A stretch of DNA of 63,889 nucleotides, filler included, from Octopus bimaculoides (taxonomy: Eukaryota): the NCBI RefSeq assembly GCF_001194135.2. It is 6 parts of 6 records of this genome, joined end to end, with 100 filler letters (N's around TTAATTAATTAA, not from the genome) between each part and the next. Parts side by side here need not be neighbours in the genome. Positions count along the whole stretch, not along the records: positions 1 to 22,254 come from NC_068995.1; 5 more parts are not named here. One strand, 5' to 3'. The notes beneath the pieces are model-generated. The model had not been told where the DNA came from and ran no database searches. It worked only from the letters and a program-made list of their open reading frames with translations. Positions 1 through 13,752 of this stretch are shown here, piece by piece; within the stretch, counting starts at the first letter, position 1; every line of letters begins with the position of its first letter. Position numbers and translations under genes: made by a program.

Positions 1-50
1 ATATATATATATATATACATATATATATGTATATATATATATATGTATGT

Positions 51-84
<34 letters not shown>

Positions 85-689
85 ATGCATATATATGCAT
101 AAATAAATATACAGAGATGCTTCTATATGTATGTAAACATGCATACAGAAACACGTAGCTGTGTGTGTGAGAGTGTGTATCTGTCGTGGGTGTGGTGTAC
201 GCGTGCGTGTGTGTAAGTGCGTGTGTGTGTGACTTTCTCAATTCAGTTATACATCAACTGACCCTCTTCTCCGCTTCATTCTCCCCCTACTGCTGTTCTC
301 ACTCGTTCCCTCTGTTTCTCTTCCTCTTCAATTAAACACGTAACAGCATACACAACACATTTAACTGCGAACTCTATAAAATATACATTAAATACTTGGT
401 TATATTTACACGCAGTGTCGTTTAACCCATGCCAGTTCTAACTGAGTGGTCACACGATCAAAACTGCACAAGACTTGACCATTCCACCTTTGTTTTAAGT
501 ATCGCGTATATAGGAACGCATTATCCAATATTTCCTACCCATCCAGAGATAATATAGTGAAGGCGGAGAATTCATGAAGACACTAATTTATCGGATAGAA
601 TGCCGTTCCTGCGGTCTGAGTTCAACTCCCAAAGAGATCAACTTGCATGTCCGTCTTTCGGAAGCAATTAAAAAATCAAATTTCCCCAT

Positions 690-735
<46 letters not shown>

Positions 736-1220
736 NNNNNNNNNNNNNNNNNNNNNNNNNNNNNNNNNNNNNNNNNNNNNNNNNNNNNNNNNNNNNNNNN
801 NNNNNNNNNNNNNNNNNNNNNNNNNNNNNNNNNNNNNNNNNNNNNNNNNNNNNNNNNNNNNNNNNNNNNNNNNNNNNNNNNNNNNNNNNNNNNNNNNNNN
901 NNNNNNNNNNNNNNNNNNNNNNNNNNNNNNNNNNNNNNNNNNNNNNNNNNNNNNNNNNNNNNNNNNNNNNNNNNNNNNNNNNNNNNNNNNNNNNNNNNNN
1001 NNNNNNNNNNNNNNNNNNNNNNNNNNNNNNNNNNNNNNNNNNNNNNNNNNNNNNNNNNNNNNNNNNNNNNNNNNNNNNNNNNNNNNNNNNNNNNNNNNNN
1101 NNNNNNNNNNNNNNNNNNNNNNNNNNNNNNNNNNNNNNNNNNNNNNNNNNNNNNNNNNAGACAGACAAACAGAGAGACAGACAAACAGAGAGACAGACAA
1201 ACAGAGAGACAGATAGACGG

Positions 1221-1261
<41 letters not shown>

Positions 1262-1512
1262 TGGGACGAATCCCTAAGAGAAACTTGGTGATAGAGACGA
1301 CGCGAAGGTTTACACTGACCTCAACCACGGCCTTTCTCATTAGCCATGTGCTTAGCGTAGACCTCAACGTTAGATCTGTTTGATTCGTCGAGTCCCACTT
1401 TACAGATATGTAAACAGACATGACAGAAGTAGATAGTCTTATAATCGTTAAAATTTATTTAGAACTGAAATCATACATTCAAATTATTTATTAACTATCA
1501 TAATGAGAATAT

Positions 1513-1745
1513 CTAATACTTAATAGACATGCCCTTTGCATTTTTCAATGCAAGGACCCTTTTGGGCATACTACGGATCAGATGACAAATATTTTCTTGA
1601 GGAATTTCTTGCCAAATTTCATGGAGTATCTCAAAAGATCTGGCTTTGAGGTTGCTTTCTTATTCTTTTTATGAAATATTCTGTCCAGTATGCCTCCAGA
1701 CGTGTTCAATAGAGTTAATATTTGGTGACTGGCTTGGCCGTGGAA
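1513..1745 (-). mobile_element. Tc1-type transposase C-terminal relic
   Basis: Minus-strand translation PSQSPNINSIEHVWRH...EIWQEIPQENICHLIRSMPKRVLALKNAKGMSIKY* matches the Tc1 SPDLNPIENxW and SMPxR..AKGG.TKY terminus. It carries internal stops. Confidence 0.8.
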
Positions 1746-2144
1746 GCCTTTTAACGCAGTTCTCTTGTCGGCACTGTACTCCGTACAATCTATGTATCGC
1801 TCACTATTCACGAAATGCTTGCTAGTTGTAGGGAATGTTTAGCCATTATTTACCGGCGTTTATTAAATAATTTAAGAAGTAGTATGTTGTTTTGTGAAAT
1901 CCTAGAGAATAAGCGAAGATAGAAGCATCTCTGCTAAAGAAAATTGAGATTAGATGTGGTCTGTCTTAATGTTTGATAATGGATTTGGTGAAAATGTTAA
2001 CAACAATTTGTATCATAAAAACTACAAAATGTTAATGTATTACTGGAATACAGAGTATGAAAAAGCAAGTAACTGAGCTTTTTGCCGAGGATATAAAGAA
2101 GATAATATAACAGAGATTAATGAAGATAATATAACAGAGCGGAT

Positions 2145-2238
2145 TACGGATCTGGAACTCATAACGTAAAGACAGACAAAATGCCGCTAAGTACTTTTGT
2201 TGCCTGGCGTGCTAATGATTCTGCCGGCTCGTTGCCTT
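2145..2238 (-). mobile_element. SINE family C fragment
   Basis: Reverse complement of the ggcggcgagctggcagaatcgttagcacgcc...ctgagttcaaat head that occurs many times in the window. Confidence 0.65.
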
Positions 2239-3019
2239 AAAGTAGATTAATATTGATTAAGAAATACATGTTATGCAACATCTTGGAAATTATAGATTGT
2301 TCTGATGTTGAGAAAAAAAAAACAATATGGCAATTGCTGAAGATGATAATGACGAAGATGAAACAGTCATAACTGCACGACTTAAATAACATTCCTATGT
2401 CATGTTGCTTGATTTGATGAATGATGTAATCAAAAGAGCTGCTTGCCGCTTTTACGGAACAAGAATTAATGAATTTACATTTATTGCATGAAAAATTACG
2501 CAGAGAGAGAAAGAGAGTGGGGGTGGTAGAGATCAAAATGGATGACGCAATTTCGTTTGAATGAGATGTTGAAAAAGGTAAGCAATAATAATGTTTGTCT
2601 CGTTAGTTCAAGTTCAAGTAGCTTGGATATTTTAACTGCGGTTCCAGAAATCTAAGATGAAAAGACAAACGAAGGAACGGACAATAATCCTCACAACATC
2701 CAGCTTCCAGATCATTGTCATTTATTTTACAGTTGCACCAAAATTCAAAACTTTGCCAATTGAAGATCAGTAAGGCTGCAGTATTCTTGGCAGGTAAAGT
2801 AATTGATACGTTTACAATTAATTTTCGTTCATTAATTTTCTTAAACTAATCATGTCACACTAACACAGGTTACTGCCCTGGTTATGACATTTAACCTGCG
2901 GTTCCAGCTTCGGGTGTCCTGGATTGTAGAGAAAATATTTTTATCTTAATTGTAATACATAATTGTATTGTTTAGAATATAGATATTCCTCCACCCCCCT
3001 CCTCATCGTCGTCGTTGTC

Positions 3020-3190
3020 ATCGTCATCATTATTTAACGTCCGGTTTTTCTGATGCTAGCTTGGATTGGATAGTTGAAACGGAGCTGGTAAGGCTAAAAA
3101 CCGGACTAGGTTCCATTGTCTGTTCTGGCATGGTCACGACGACTGGATGCACTTCCTAATGTCAACCACTCTACAGAGTGTACTGGGTCC
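3020..3190 (+). mobile_element. SINE family B fragment
   Basis: (cat)n-ttaacgtcc...ctggatgcacttcctaatgtcaaccact, the same layout as the copies at 23555, 24420, 25420, 32680 and 34400. Confidence 0.65.
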
Positions 3191-3220
3191 GTATACATGT
3201 ATATGTATGTGTTTACATAC

Positions 3221-3260
<40 letters not shown>

Positions 3261-3304
3261 NNNNNNNNNNTATATGTGTATGTAAGTATGTATGTATATG
3301 TATG

Positions 3305-3344
<40 letters not shown>

Positions 3345-4590
3345 TGTGTATATATAATTATATATACACATACATACATACAAACATATAAAAAAGATCA
3401 ATGGTTACAGCAGAAGAGTCCATGACGAATACCTGTTTGAGGCATGAGAAATTACCCGGAGAAAGATATTAATATATTATAAGTAATTTCTCTGGGATGA
3501 AATATTTGAAAAGATAGCCAAGAAGAATATATAAGTAGAGGGCCAACTTCTGACAACTCTGGGCCTTGCACTTTACATACCCATGAAGAAATATTCATCT
3601 TGGGACCAAGCTATATACATTACACTTTTCAAATTCGAAATATGTTTGATTAATTCCACAATACATATTTACTTCCAATAAATTGATTAATTGCTGCAGT
3701 TAATACCGTTGATTTTTGGGTGGTTTTTTTTTCAATTAATGATATTGTTTCATTGGTGCCAATGAGTAAAACACATTTTCGTGTATTTTATTTAGACATT
3801 TAATGTTTGACGAATTCATTTCTCTAAAAATGCTATTGTGATATACAGACATGACAGAAAGATATTGAGTTGTACAAAGGTTTAAGGCTTGAGTTATTGT
3901 GTTGCGTTGTTTGCTCTGAAAGAACAGGATTAGCTTTGGAACAAAAGGTTCTCGAAAATTGGCGTACTGATGCACTTACATGACTGAGTGGGTATGTGTG
4001 GGTGTAGAGAAAGAGACAGACAGAGAGAGAGAGAGAGAGAGAAATGCATATACATTTATGGATTTCAATAAGGATATATGATAGATATATAAAGATATAT
4101 TATATTAAATATATTTAAGTAGATATATCATATGCCTAATATATATATATATATGTGTGTGTGTGTGTATTATGTATGTATATATATGTGTGTGTGCACG
4201 TGAAGAGAGATAGAGAGAGATCTATGTATACATATACATGTGCAAATAAATATATATATATGTGTGTGTGTGTACGTATGTATCTATGGGCATTTAGGTG
4301 TGTATAAATACGTGTGTATGTATAAAGATTTAGACATTGCTGCATCTGGGAACACGAATTCATATAAACAATCGTGCAAGCCGAATACAAGAAGTAAGTA
4401 TATATATATATTTGTGTGTGCGTGTATGTATGTGTAAATATGTGTACATTTGCTTATTTATTTATTATGTATACTTATATGTAGCATAATATGATGAACA
4501 TACGTAATGTGTATTCAACTGAATATCCATTTCTAGAAGAGTTGTACATGTTTTTGCGTAAATATAAATATATATGTATGTATGCATGTA

Positions 4591-4639
<49 letters not shown>

Positions 4640-6779
4640 GTATATATGATTCATACAGTGTGAATGAAAAAGCTTGTGCATAAATTGGTTAAACCTATAT
4701 GTGGTCATATATGTAAGCAGACATGTATGTGTGTGTATTATCATGTGTGTGTCTGTGTGTGTTTGGTGTGTGCCTGCATGTGCGTGTGTGTTTATGTGTT
4801 TACTATATGTATGTACCTTTCGTCGATGCTGTAAAAGCGTTGGCTATGGAGTAAACTAATAAATGAAATGAGTATTTCAAAGAATGAGAAGAATCTGTCT
4901 AGTTGTCAAAAATATGAGTGAAAACGTATTAAGTTAGAAATGGCACTTCTGGTCTTGCAGCTATATAGGCGAACGCATCGAAATTACACTTATCAAAACG
5001 GGTATCTCTAGATAAGATATAAAATCTAAACACGGAACATGACCTTCCAATAACTAAACTTTAATAGAATCTTGAAAACGTCAAGAGAAGCTAAACACTA
5101 CGAGAATATCCAAGATCTTTCTTAACACGCATGAATTTGTTTCAAAGAAATTCATCTCCACTAAAAGATTTTTCTGCAGAATTTCAGTTGATATAGCACG
5201 GAATATTCTGAGAGTAAGTGAGTCGATTGGTATATAGAATAAGCAATATTGTAATCGTGCTATTTTGTTTCGTTTTCAGAAAAGTACAGATGTGGCTGTC
5301 TGGTTAAGAAGATCGCTTTGCAACCATGTAGCCTCGGGTTTCATAGCGATTATCGTGCACGGAACATAGTAGTCGTTTAAAGGAAACCAGTGGATTGGTC
5401 TTTAAAATATTGGTTCCAGAATCACTCATAATAATAGCCATAATACTGGAAATGGTTCCTCTGCCGCTAATATACATTCAGATCGTATACGTCACAGACG
5501 CGCCCGCGTGTATATAGACACATACCTTCATGCACAAACAAGAATATATAGTTATATATTTTAATTGAACTGTACAGTATTAGATCTACATTACGTTCGA
5601 GCTTACCTATAGCTCAGCAGAGGTAGCCGTTAACGGCTATCACTGATGAGCGCAGGGCTACATAATCGGAGTGTTACCTAAGACTCCGTTGAACCACAAG
5701 TGCAAAACAAGTTACTAAGATATATAATACTGTATATTTATATATATGTATATATATAATAAATATTTTTAAAACATGATGATGATGGTGGTGGTGCTGG
5801 TGCTGGTGTTGATAACTATGATTATGATCATGATGATGATGATGATAATAATAGTACCTTTTATTTGCCAGAGTGGTTACATAAGCAGATGACAGTAAGG
5901 AGAGGAAAAAGAGTGGGGCCGAGAGACACGATAAAGAAATATATATTCCGTATCATTGAGTAATATTCTTAAAGCCGCTATTTACTCACACAGCATATTT
6001 GGGAGCTTGTAGCTAGTTCAGTTCTTAACTAAATGGAAAACTGTTTCAAATTTTTGAAGAGGGCTACATCATGGCATAAAAAAAATTGCGATTTGATCCA
6101 GTAGAAAAAAGTTTACGTCAAAAAAATTTGATGTTATGGGCGAGTATGTAACGCCACCAATCAAGTTTATACCTAAATAGCTTTTTTTTTATTTTATAAG
6201 CAAAATATATTTATTTTAGCTTCAATGATTGAAGAAAGCATGAAAAATTTCATACTTTTGGTCCCATGCAACAAAAATTGTATCAATAACAAACGTTAAT
6301 TATACTTAAATCTAATATTTTGCCTTATATTATTTTCCTGATATTTTACAACATTAGTTAGTCCAAACATAATTAGTTTGTACTAACTAATTATGTACTA
6401 TTATTATTTTCTATAACCTATTTTAGAGTTTCTGATTATTTATTAATAATTTTTTTAAAGTGCAAAAAATATTTTGTGTTATTTTTTTTTATTTTCTAAA
6501 GAAGTAACAAGTAATAAAAAATAGAAGTTATAACTTGTAATAATTTTTTTTTAGTTTTAATAAAAGCTAATATTTTCTAAATCTAAATATTTTATTTGAA
6601 ATTTTATCCTTAGCTGCAATATTTTAAATAAAAATTTTATTCTTCTGTACTTTACCTGTAATTTTCCAGTTTTATAATGTTAAGAATATCATTTTTCCAT
6701 GTAATAGAAAATATGGAAACACACCGATGATACAATCATTTTCCTCAACTCAATAATCATAATCATCAATGCCATCATT

Positions 6780-7304
6780 ATTTCTTCTTCTTCTTCTTCT
6801 TCTTCTTCTTCTTCTTCTTCTTCTTCTTCTTCTTCTTCTTCTTCTTCTTCCTCTTCTCCTTCTTCTCCTTCTTCTCCTTCTTCTTCTTCTTCTTCTTCTT
6901 CTTCTTCTTTTTCTTCTTCTTCTTCTTCTTCTTCTTCTTCTTCTTCTTCTTCTTCTTCTTCTTCTTCTTCTTCTTGTGCCTCCTCCTCCTCCTCTTTATT
7001 CCCCTTCTTTCCTCTTCTTCGTTTTCTTCTTCTTTCCTCTTCCTCTTTCTTCTTTTTGTCTTTCCTCTTCTCTTCTTTTTCTTCTTTCCTCTTCTTTGTC
7101 CTTCTTTCTTCTTTTGTCTTTCCTCTTTCCGTCTTTCCTCTTCCCCTTTCTTCTTTTGTCTCCTCTCTCTGCCTCTTCTCCTCCACCTCCTCCTCTTCCT
7201 TCTTCGTCTTCTTGTACTACTACTTAATTTTGTTATTATTAGTATCATTATCATCATTATTATTATTATTATTATTATTACTATTATTATTACTAATACT
7301 ATTT

Positions 7305-7352
<48 letters not shown>

Positions 7353-7370
7353 ACATCTTCATTATTATGA
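6780..7370. repeat. Composite trinucleotide/polypyrimidine tract: (TCT)n, (TCC)n, CT-rich, then (ATT)n and (ATC)n
   Basis: Read directly from the sequence. It explains the poly-E, poly-K and poly-L pseudo-ORFs in the track. Confidence 0.95.
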
Positions 7371-8272
7371 TGTAATGATAGTATTAATAACAAAAAAATA
7401 ATGATTCTAACACAGCAAAAAAAAATAATAGTACTATTTTCAAAATGGCGTATTGTAGCATTTTTTTTATTTCATTCTGGCACTGTTCTAGTGAATACAT
7501 TTTTATCGATTCACACGTTTTTGCGCTTTTCCTCGTAGTTTAAAACAGCAATANNNNNNNNNNNNNNNNNNNNNNNNNNNNNNNNNNNNNNNNNNNNNNN
7601 NNNNNNNNNNNNNNNNNNNNNNNNNNNNNNNNNNNNNNNNNNNNNNNNNNNNNNNNNNNNNNNNNNNNNNNNNNNNNNNNNNNNNNNNNNNNNNNNNNNN
7701 NNNNNNNNNNNNNNNNNNNNNNNNNNNNNNNNNNNNNNNNNNNNNNNNNNNNNNNNNNNNNNNNNNNNNNNNNNNNNNNNNNNNNNNNNNNNNNNNNNNN
7801 NNNNNNNNNNNNNNNNNNNNNNNNNNNNNNNNNNNNNNNNNNNNNNNNNNNNNNNNNNNNNNNNNNNNNNNNNNNNNNNNNNNNNNNNNNNNNNNNNNNN
7901 NNNNNNNNNNNNNNNNNNNNNNNNNNNNNNNNNNNNNNNNNNNNNNNNNNNNNNNNNNNNNNNNNNNNNNNNNNNNNNNNNNNNNNNNNNNNNNNNNNNN
8001 NNNNNNNNNNNNNNNNNNNNNNNNNNNNNNNNNNNNNNNNNNNNNNNNNNNNNNNNNATATACACATATATATATATATATACATATATAATTATTTATT
8101 TATTTATATTTATATTTATGTATGTATGTATAAATGCTTGTATATAGGTGTATGCAGGTATGTCTACACTACATAAATACATCGCTAGTGATATAACTAA
8201 TAAAACACATAGATATACAAACACACATGTACAATTGAATTCATATAAATGCGTGCATATACCATGAAGGTG

Positions 8273-8321
<49 letters not shown>

Positions 8322-8845
8322 ATGCATGTATGTGTGCGGGTACGCATGGATAAATATCTTCCAGCGAGTTGTGGCAAAGAAGTGTTTGCGGACATGCGCA
8401 AAAGTTTACTACATATATACACCCACCCACACATATATCTATGAATATATTAGTACATACAAATATACATATGTATACATATATATATACTTATATATAT
8501 ACATATATATACATATATACATATATATATATATACATATATATATATAGACATATATACATATATAATGCTAGTAATATAATTAGTAACAGTACTCATA
8601 AAACTATATTATATGGAAGCACAGGTGACTGTTCACACCCATCCTTACACTATATAGGTGATGCGTGTTTCCCTGTTAGTGAAGAAGAAAACTAAGGCTG
8701 CAGTTATCAGTAACACGTTCTAATATTCTAGTACATATGACAACACAAGGTATGAAGGCACATCAATGTTCCTTTAGTACTTTTCTTCAGTTCACAAGTA
8801 AGTTGATCCGTAGCGGTAAATGTATTTTTAATGTATATACAAAAA

Positions 8846-8906
<61 letters not shown>

Positions 8907-9367
8907 GCATGTTTGTATGTATATATGTGCATAGATATATTTGTTGGTTCTATTCTTCTTTCAGAGTGTGGAATGCTACCATGCAAATGCACTGGCTCGA
9001 AGTACTTTGTGCCACTAAATTGCTATCAGTACTTATAATATGGAATTTCTGGTACATATTCTACCGAGATTAACAAACATAAACAAACTAGCATCGTTCG
9101 TTAAATCGTGAGGTGGAACACAAAAAGACCCATACTCATATATGTGTGCAATTTCGTGTTTGTCTGCGCGCGCGCGCGTGTGCGTGTGTGTGTGTGAGTG
9201 TGTGTGTGCGTGTGTAATGTATATCAATACGAAAAGAGAATATATACCATTGTACATATGAATATACACGCAAGTATCGAAATGCTTGACGGTTTATCTA
9301 TTTAAAATATCTGTTTTTCTGTTTCTCACTCTCTCAAAAGATACACGCGTATATATATATATATATA

Positions 9368-9424
<57 letters not shown>

Positions 9425-10519
9425 NNNNNNNNNNNNNNNNNNNNNNNNNNNNNNNNNNNNNNNNNNNNNNNNNNNNNNNNNNNNNNNNNNNNNNNNNNNN
9501 NNNNNNNNNNNNNNNNNNNNNNNNNNNNNNNNNNNNNNNNNNNNNNNNNNNNNNNNNNNNNNNNNNNNNNNNNNNNNNNNNNNNNNNNNNNNNNNNNNNN
9601 NNNNNNNNNNNNNNNNNNNNNNNNNNNNNNNNNNNNNNNNNNNNNNNNNNNNNNNNNNNNNNNNNNNNNNNNNNNNNNNNNNNNTATATATATATATATA
9701 TACATATATATCTGTGTGTCTGTGTTTGTGTGTATGTATATATGTTTCTATATGTGCAATCATGCGTGCGTGCATATATACATATGTTATTGAAGAGTCG
9801 GATTAGCCGTGGATTACATAATTTTTTTCTATTCTATACTATACTTGCACTACCATAAGATATATCCATATGCTATGCGTAGATACCAAAGCGTTTTATG
9901 TTTCTTATAAAAATGTTAGTCTCTTTTCTATGGAATATTCCGAATATATGCGTTAACCTGAAGTTACGGATGTTGGTTTATCGAGATATAAGCTTGAATT
10001 TCGTAGATAAACATGTTTACATATCTTATAAATATATATGTTTAAGTGGATGTGTGTATGTTTGCATATAAACATACTGGTATGAATGTGTGTATATGTG
10101 TATGTGTGTGGGGTGGGCGCAAATGTACATGCAGGCGTGTATATATGAATAACTATGTATGCATATGTGTATATGTGTGCAAGTATGTATGTTTGTATAA
10201 TTGGTAAAAGCAATCATGAAAGACAAAATACAGACTTTCGTTTGAATTTGGTCTTTCATCGTAAAACTATTTACAAAGACAGACATTGATATTTCACATA
10301 ACAAAATATTCAGTTTAGAGATTCATGCTTGAGATATTAATAAGGACCGAAAGAGAACGACCTTCGAATGTTTAACTTATAAAATTTTACAGTTGTTTTA
10401 TCGCATAGCTTTCAATCCTTTCAAATGTAGAGATGCTTTATCTTGGCAGGCACGCATATATAGATATATATATATGTGTGGGGAGAATGTGTATATGTAT
10501 ATGGATATATATGTGTATT

Positions 10520-10594
10520 CATACATAGATGTAGATAGATAGATAGATAGGTAGATAGATAGATAGATAGAGAGATAGATAGATAGATAGGTAT

Positions 10595-10645
<51 letters not shown>

Positions 10646-10646
10646 T
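10520..10646. repeat. (GATA)n microsatellite
   Basis: Long agat run, read directly. Confidence 0.95.
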
Positions 10647-10853
10647 AATATGCGTGCGTTTGTTGCGTATGTATGCTTAAATTTGTATGACTGTGTGTGT
10701 GTGAGAGTGAGAGACAGAGGTACAGGCGTAGCCGTGTGGTAAGAAATGTCCTTCCTCATCACATGGTTTCCGAGTTCATTCCCACAGCATAGCAGAATGT
10801 CTATTTATCCAAAAGCCTTATAACCATATTATATAATGGAAGCCCGTGGTATA

Positions 10854-10892
<39 letters not shown>

Positions 10893-13714
10893 NNNNNNNN
10901 NNNNNNNNNNNNNNNNNNNNNNNNNNNNNNNNNNNNNNNNNNNNNNNNNNNNNNNNNNNNNNNNNNNNNNNNNNNNNNNNNNNNNNNNNNNNNNNNNNNN
11001 NNNNNNNNNNNNNNNNNNNNNNNNNNNNNNNNNNNNNNNNNNNNNNNNNNNNNNNNNNNNNNNNNNNNNNNNNNNNNNNNNATATATATATATATATAAA
11101 TGTAGGCGTGTGGCTTACTGGTCAGTGGTGTGTTAGACAAGAACTGAACAACACGTTGAATTGTCGAGCAAGACACTTCACTGCACGTTACTAAATGGAG
11201 AATATATAGGCCATTGTCTGAGCTACGTAATAACTTGACTGTCTGAGTTACGTAATAATTGTAAAAATCTTCAGATAGAATAAACAAAAATTCCTTTGTA
11301 TACAACCAGTAACAGTAAACAGTCACACGTGAATATTTCAAGAAATCTGGTTTCTTCATCAACAAAACACATAGAACATGGATGGGTCGAGTATTGTTTC
11401 CATGTATGGACGATGAAATTTCAATAAGATAAGTAAATTATTTAATTGATACATATGAACAGGATCAGCAAAATCTGGGATTGTCGAATAGAAATTCTAT
11501 GTAAGCAGCACAACAATAGTTCATTGATAATGATTTGATGAACACTGACAAGAGATATAATTTGCTTACATTTACCTGTGGCTGTCGTTGAAATGGCGGA
11601 ACTGTACGTACATCGTGCCTAACGCCTTAAGTTATTTTCCCGCCTCATTACATTCTGAATTTAAATCCAAACATGGCGTTCATCACTGGTACAATTTAAT
11701 CCAAAACGGGTTGCATAGGATCACGTTATGCTACCACATGCGTTCAGAGGACTGTATTTCATTTCGAGCCTTCCCGCCAAGTCTTCAGTTTCGCGATACT
11801 TGTTGTATTCCACAATTCTCTGAGCTCATGACTATATGAAGGGTCACAGGCAACACTTGCTCTCCTGATTAAAGAGAAAAGAAAAACTACTGAGGTCAAA
11901 TATCAACACAGCGTGATTTTAATTTATCTTTCCCTGAGACTGGCGAAGATTTAATTGTATGTATACACGTCATACGTTTTGTTGTCCTCCTTTAATGTTA
12001 GGAATTATAATAGAACGTTGGCCGCGTTTCAAATCGATCTTTCGAGAATATTCGAAAATTCACTAAACTGTAAATATAACAAACACAGATTAGTTACTAC
12101 GTTTGTAAATTTATTCGAGTAGAAATTATTTTAAAATAATGATATATGTGCAAACAACAACAAAAAAACATTTACATGAATATATACATATATAAGTGTG
12201 TGTGTGTGTGTGTGTGTTTGTGTGTGCGTGTGTGTATAAATACGTATATGTATATATGTGTGTGATCGTGCGTGTGTATATGTGTGTTAGTAAATGTAAA
12301 TGTGTGTCTTATAGAAAGGGAATATAGCACACACACACATACACGTGCACTCACACACACACACACACACACACACACAAATACACACATACATATACAT
12401 GTATATATATATATATATGCACAAACACACACCGATATATCTATATGTATATATAAATACATGTTCGTATTTATATCATATACACTTATACGAACGAATA
12501 TATATGCGTGTATATACGTGTGTGTGTGCAAGCGTGTGTGTCTGTGTAAGAAGTATGCACATATATATATNNNNNNNNNNNNNNNNNNNNNNNNNNNNNN
12601 NNNNNNNNNNNNNNNNNNNNNNNNNNNNNNNNNNNNNNNNNNNNNNNNNNNNNNNNNNNNNNNNNNNNNNNNNNNNNNNNNNNNNNNNNNNNNNNNNNNN
12701 NNNNNNNNNNNNNNNNNNNNNNNNNNNNNNNNNNNNNNNNNNNNNNNNNNNNNNNNNNNNNNNNNNNNNNNNNNNNNNNNNNNNNNNNNNNNNNNNNNNN
12801 NNNNNNNNNNNNNNNNNNNNNNNNNNNNNNNNNNNNNNNNNNNNNNNNNNNNNNNNNNNNNNNNNNNNNNNNNNNNNNNNNNNNNNNNNNNNNNNNNNNN
12901 NNNNNNNNNNNNNNNNNNNNNNNNNNNNNNNNNNNNNNNNNNNNNNNNNNNNNNNNNNNNNNNNNNNNNNNNNNNNNNNNNNNNNNNNNNNNNNNNNNNN
13001 NNNNNNNNNNNNNNNNNNNNNNNNNNNNNNNNNNNNNNNNNNNNNNNNNNNNNNNNNNNNNNNNNNNNNNNNNNNNNNNNNNNNNNNNNNNNNNNNNNNN
13101 NNNNNNNNNNNNNNNNNNNNNNNNNNNNNNNNNNNNNNNNNNNNNNNNNNNNNNNNNNNNNNNNNNNNNNNNNNNNNNNNNNNNNNNNNNNNNNNNNNNN
13201 NNNNNNNNNNNNNNNNNNNNNNNNNNNNNNNNNNNNNNNNNNNNNNNNNNNNNNNNNNNNNNNNNNNNNNNNNNNNNNNNNNNNNNNNNNNNNNNNNNNN
13301 NNNNNNNNNNNNNNNNNNNNNNNNNNNNNNNNNNNNNNNNNNNNNNNNNNNNNNNNNNNNNNNNNNNNNNNNNNNNNNNNNNNNNNNNNNNNNNNNNNNN
13401 NNNNNNNNNNNNNNNNNNNNNNNNNNNNNNNNNNNNNNNNNNNNNNNNNNNNNNNNNNNNNNNNNNNNNNNNNNNNNNNNNNNNNNNNNNNNNNNNNNNN
13501 TATATATATACACATACATGCACAATTATAAGGTTATGTGCAAACATATGTATATATGTATATTAAATGATAAAAAATATTCGTGTGAAAGAAACAGAAT
13601 ATAATAAATGCATACATATATTCACATACGTATAGGAATTTATAAATATGTCCCTCCATATATAGACATACACGCATTTGTGTATACACACAAACTCACA
13701 CATACACACGACAG

Positions 13715-13752
<38 letters not shown>

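Noticed and set aside
574-1421. Long ORFs spanning N runs (also 7.5, 9.4, 12-15, 18, 47-49, 53-54 and 60-61 kb)
   Set aside because: They are open only because N translates as X; the flanks are dinucleotide repeats.
5624-5660. 16-bp perfect palindrome TAGCCGTTAACGGCTA followed by CTGATGAG (possible hammerhead)
   Set aside because: No GAAA box or compatible stems follow, so the ribozyme core is incomplete.
5990-6700. Very AT-rich block with faint resemblance to mitochondrial rRNA (possible NUMT) and a 12-bp hairpin at 6367-6396
   Set aside because: Only isolated short words resemble 12S/16S and there is no collinear run of conserved motifs. A BLASTn search would be needed.
6689-7370. Poly-E, poly-K, poly-L and poly-S ORFs
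   Set aside because: Translations of simple trinucleotide repeats, open in several frames on both strands, with no domain.
8965-9039. Acceptor followed by a Cys-rich 23-codon frame (CGMLPCKCTGSKYFVPLNCYQYL*)
   Set aside because: No homology recognised, too short to support, and no linked exon demonstrated.
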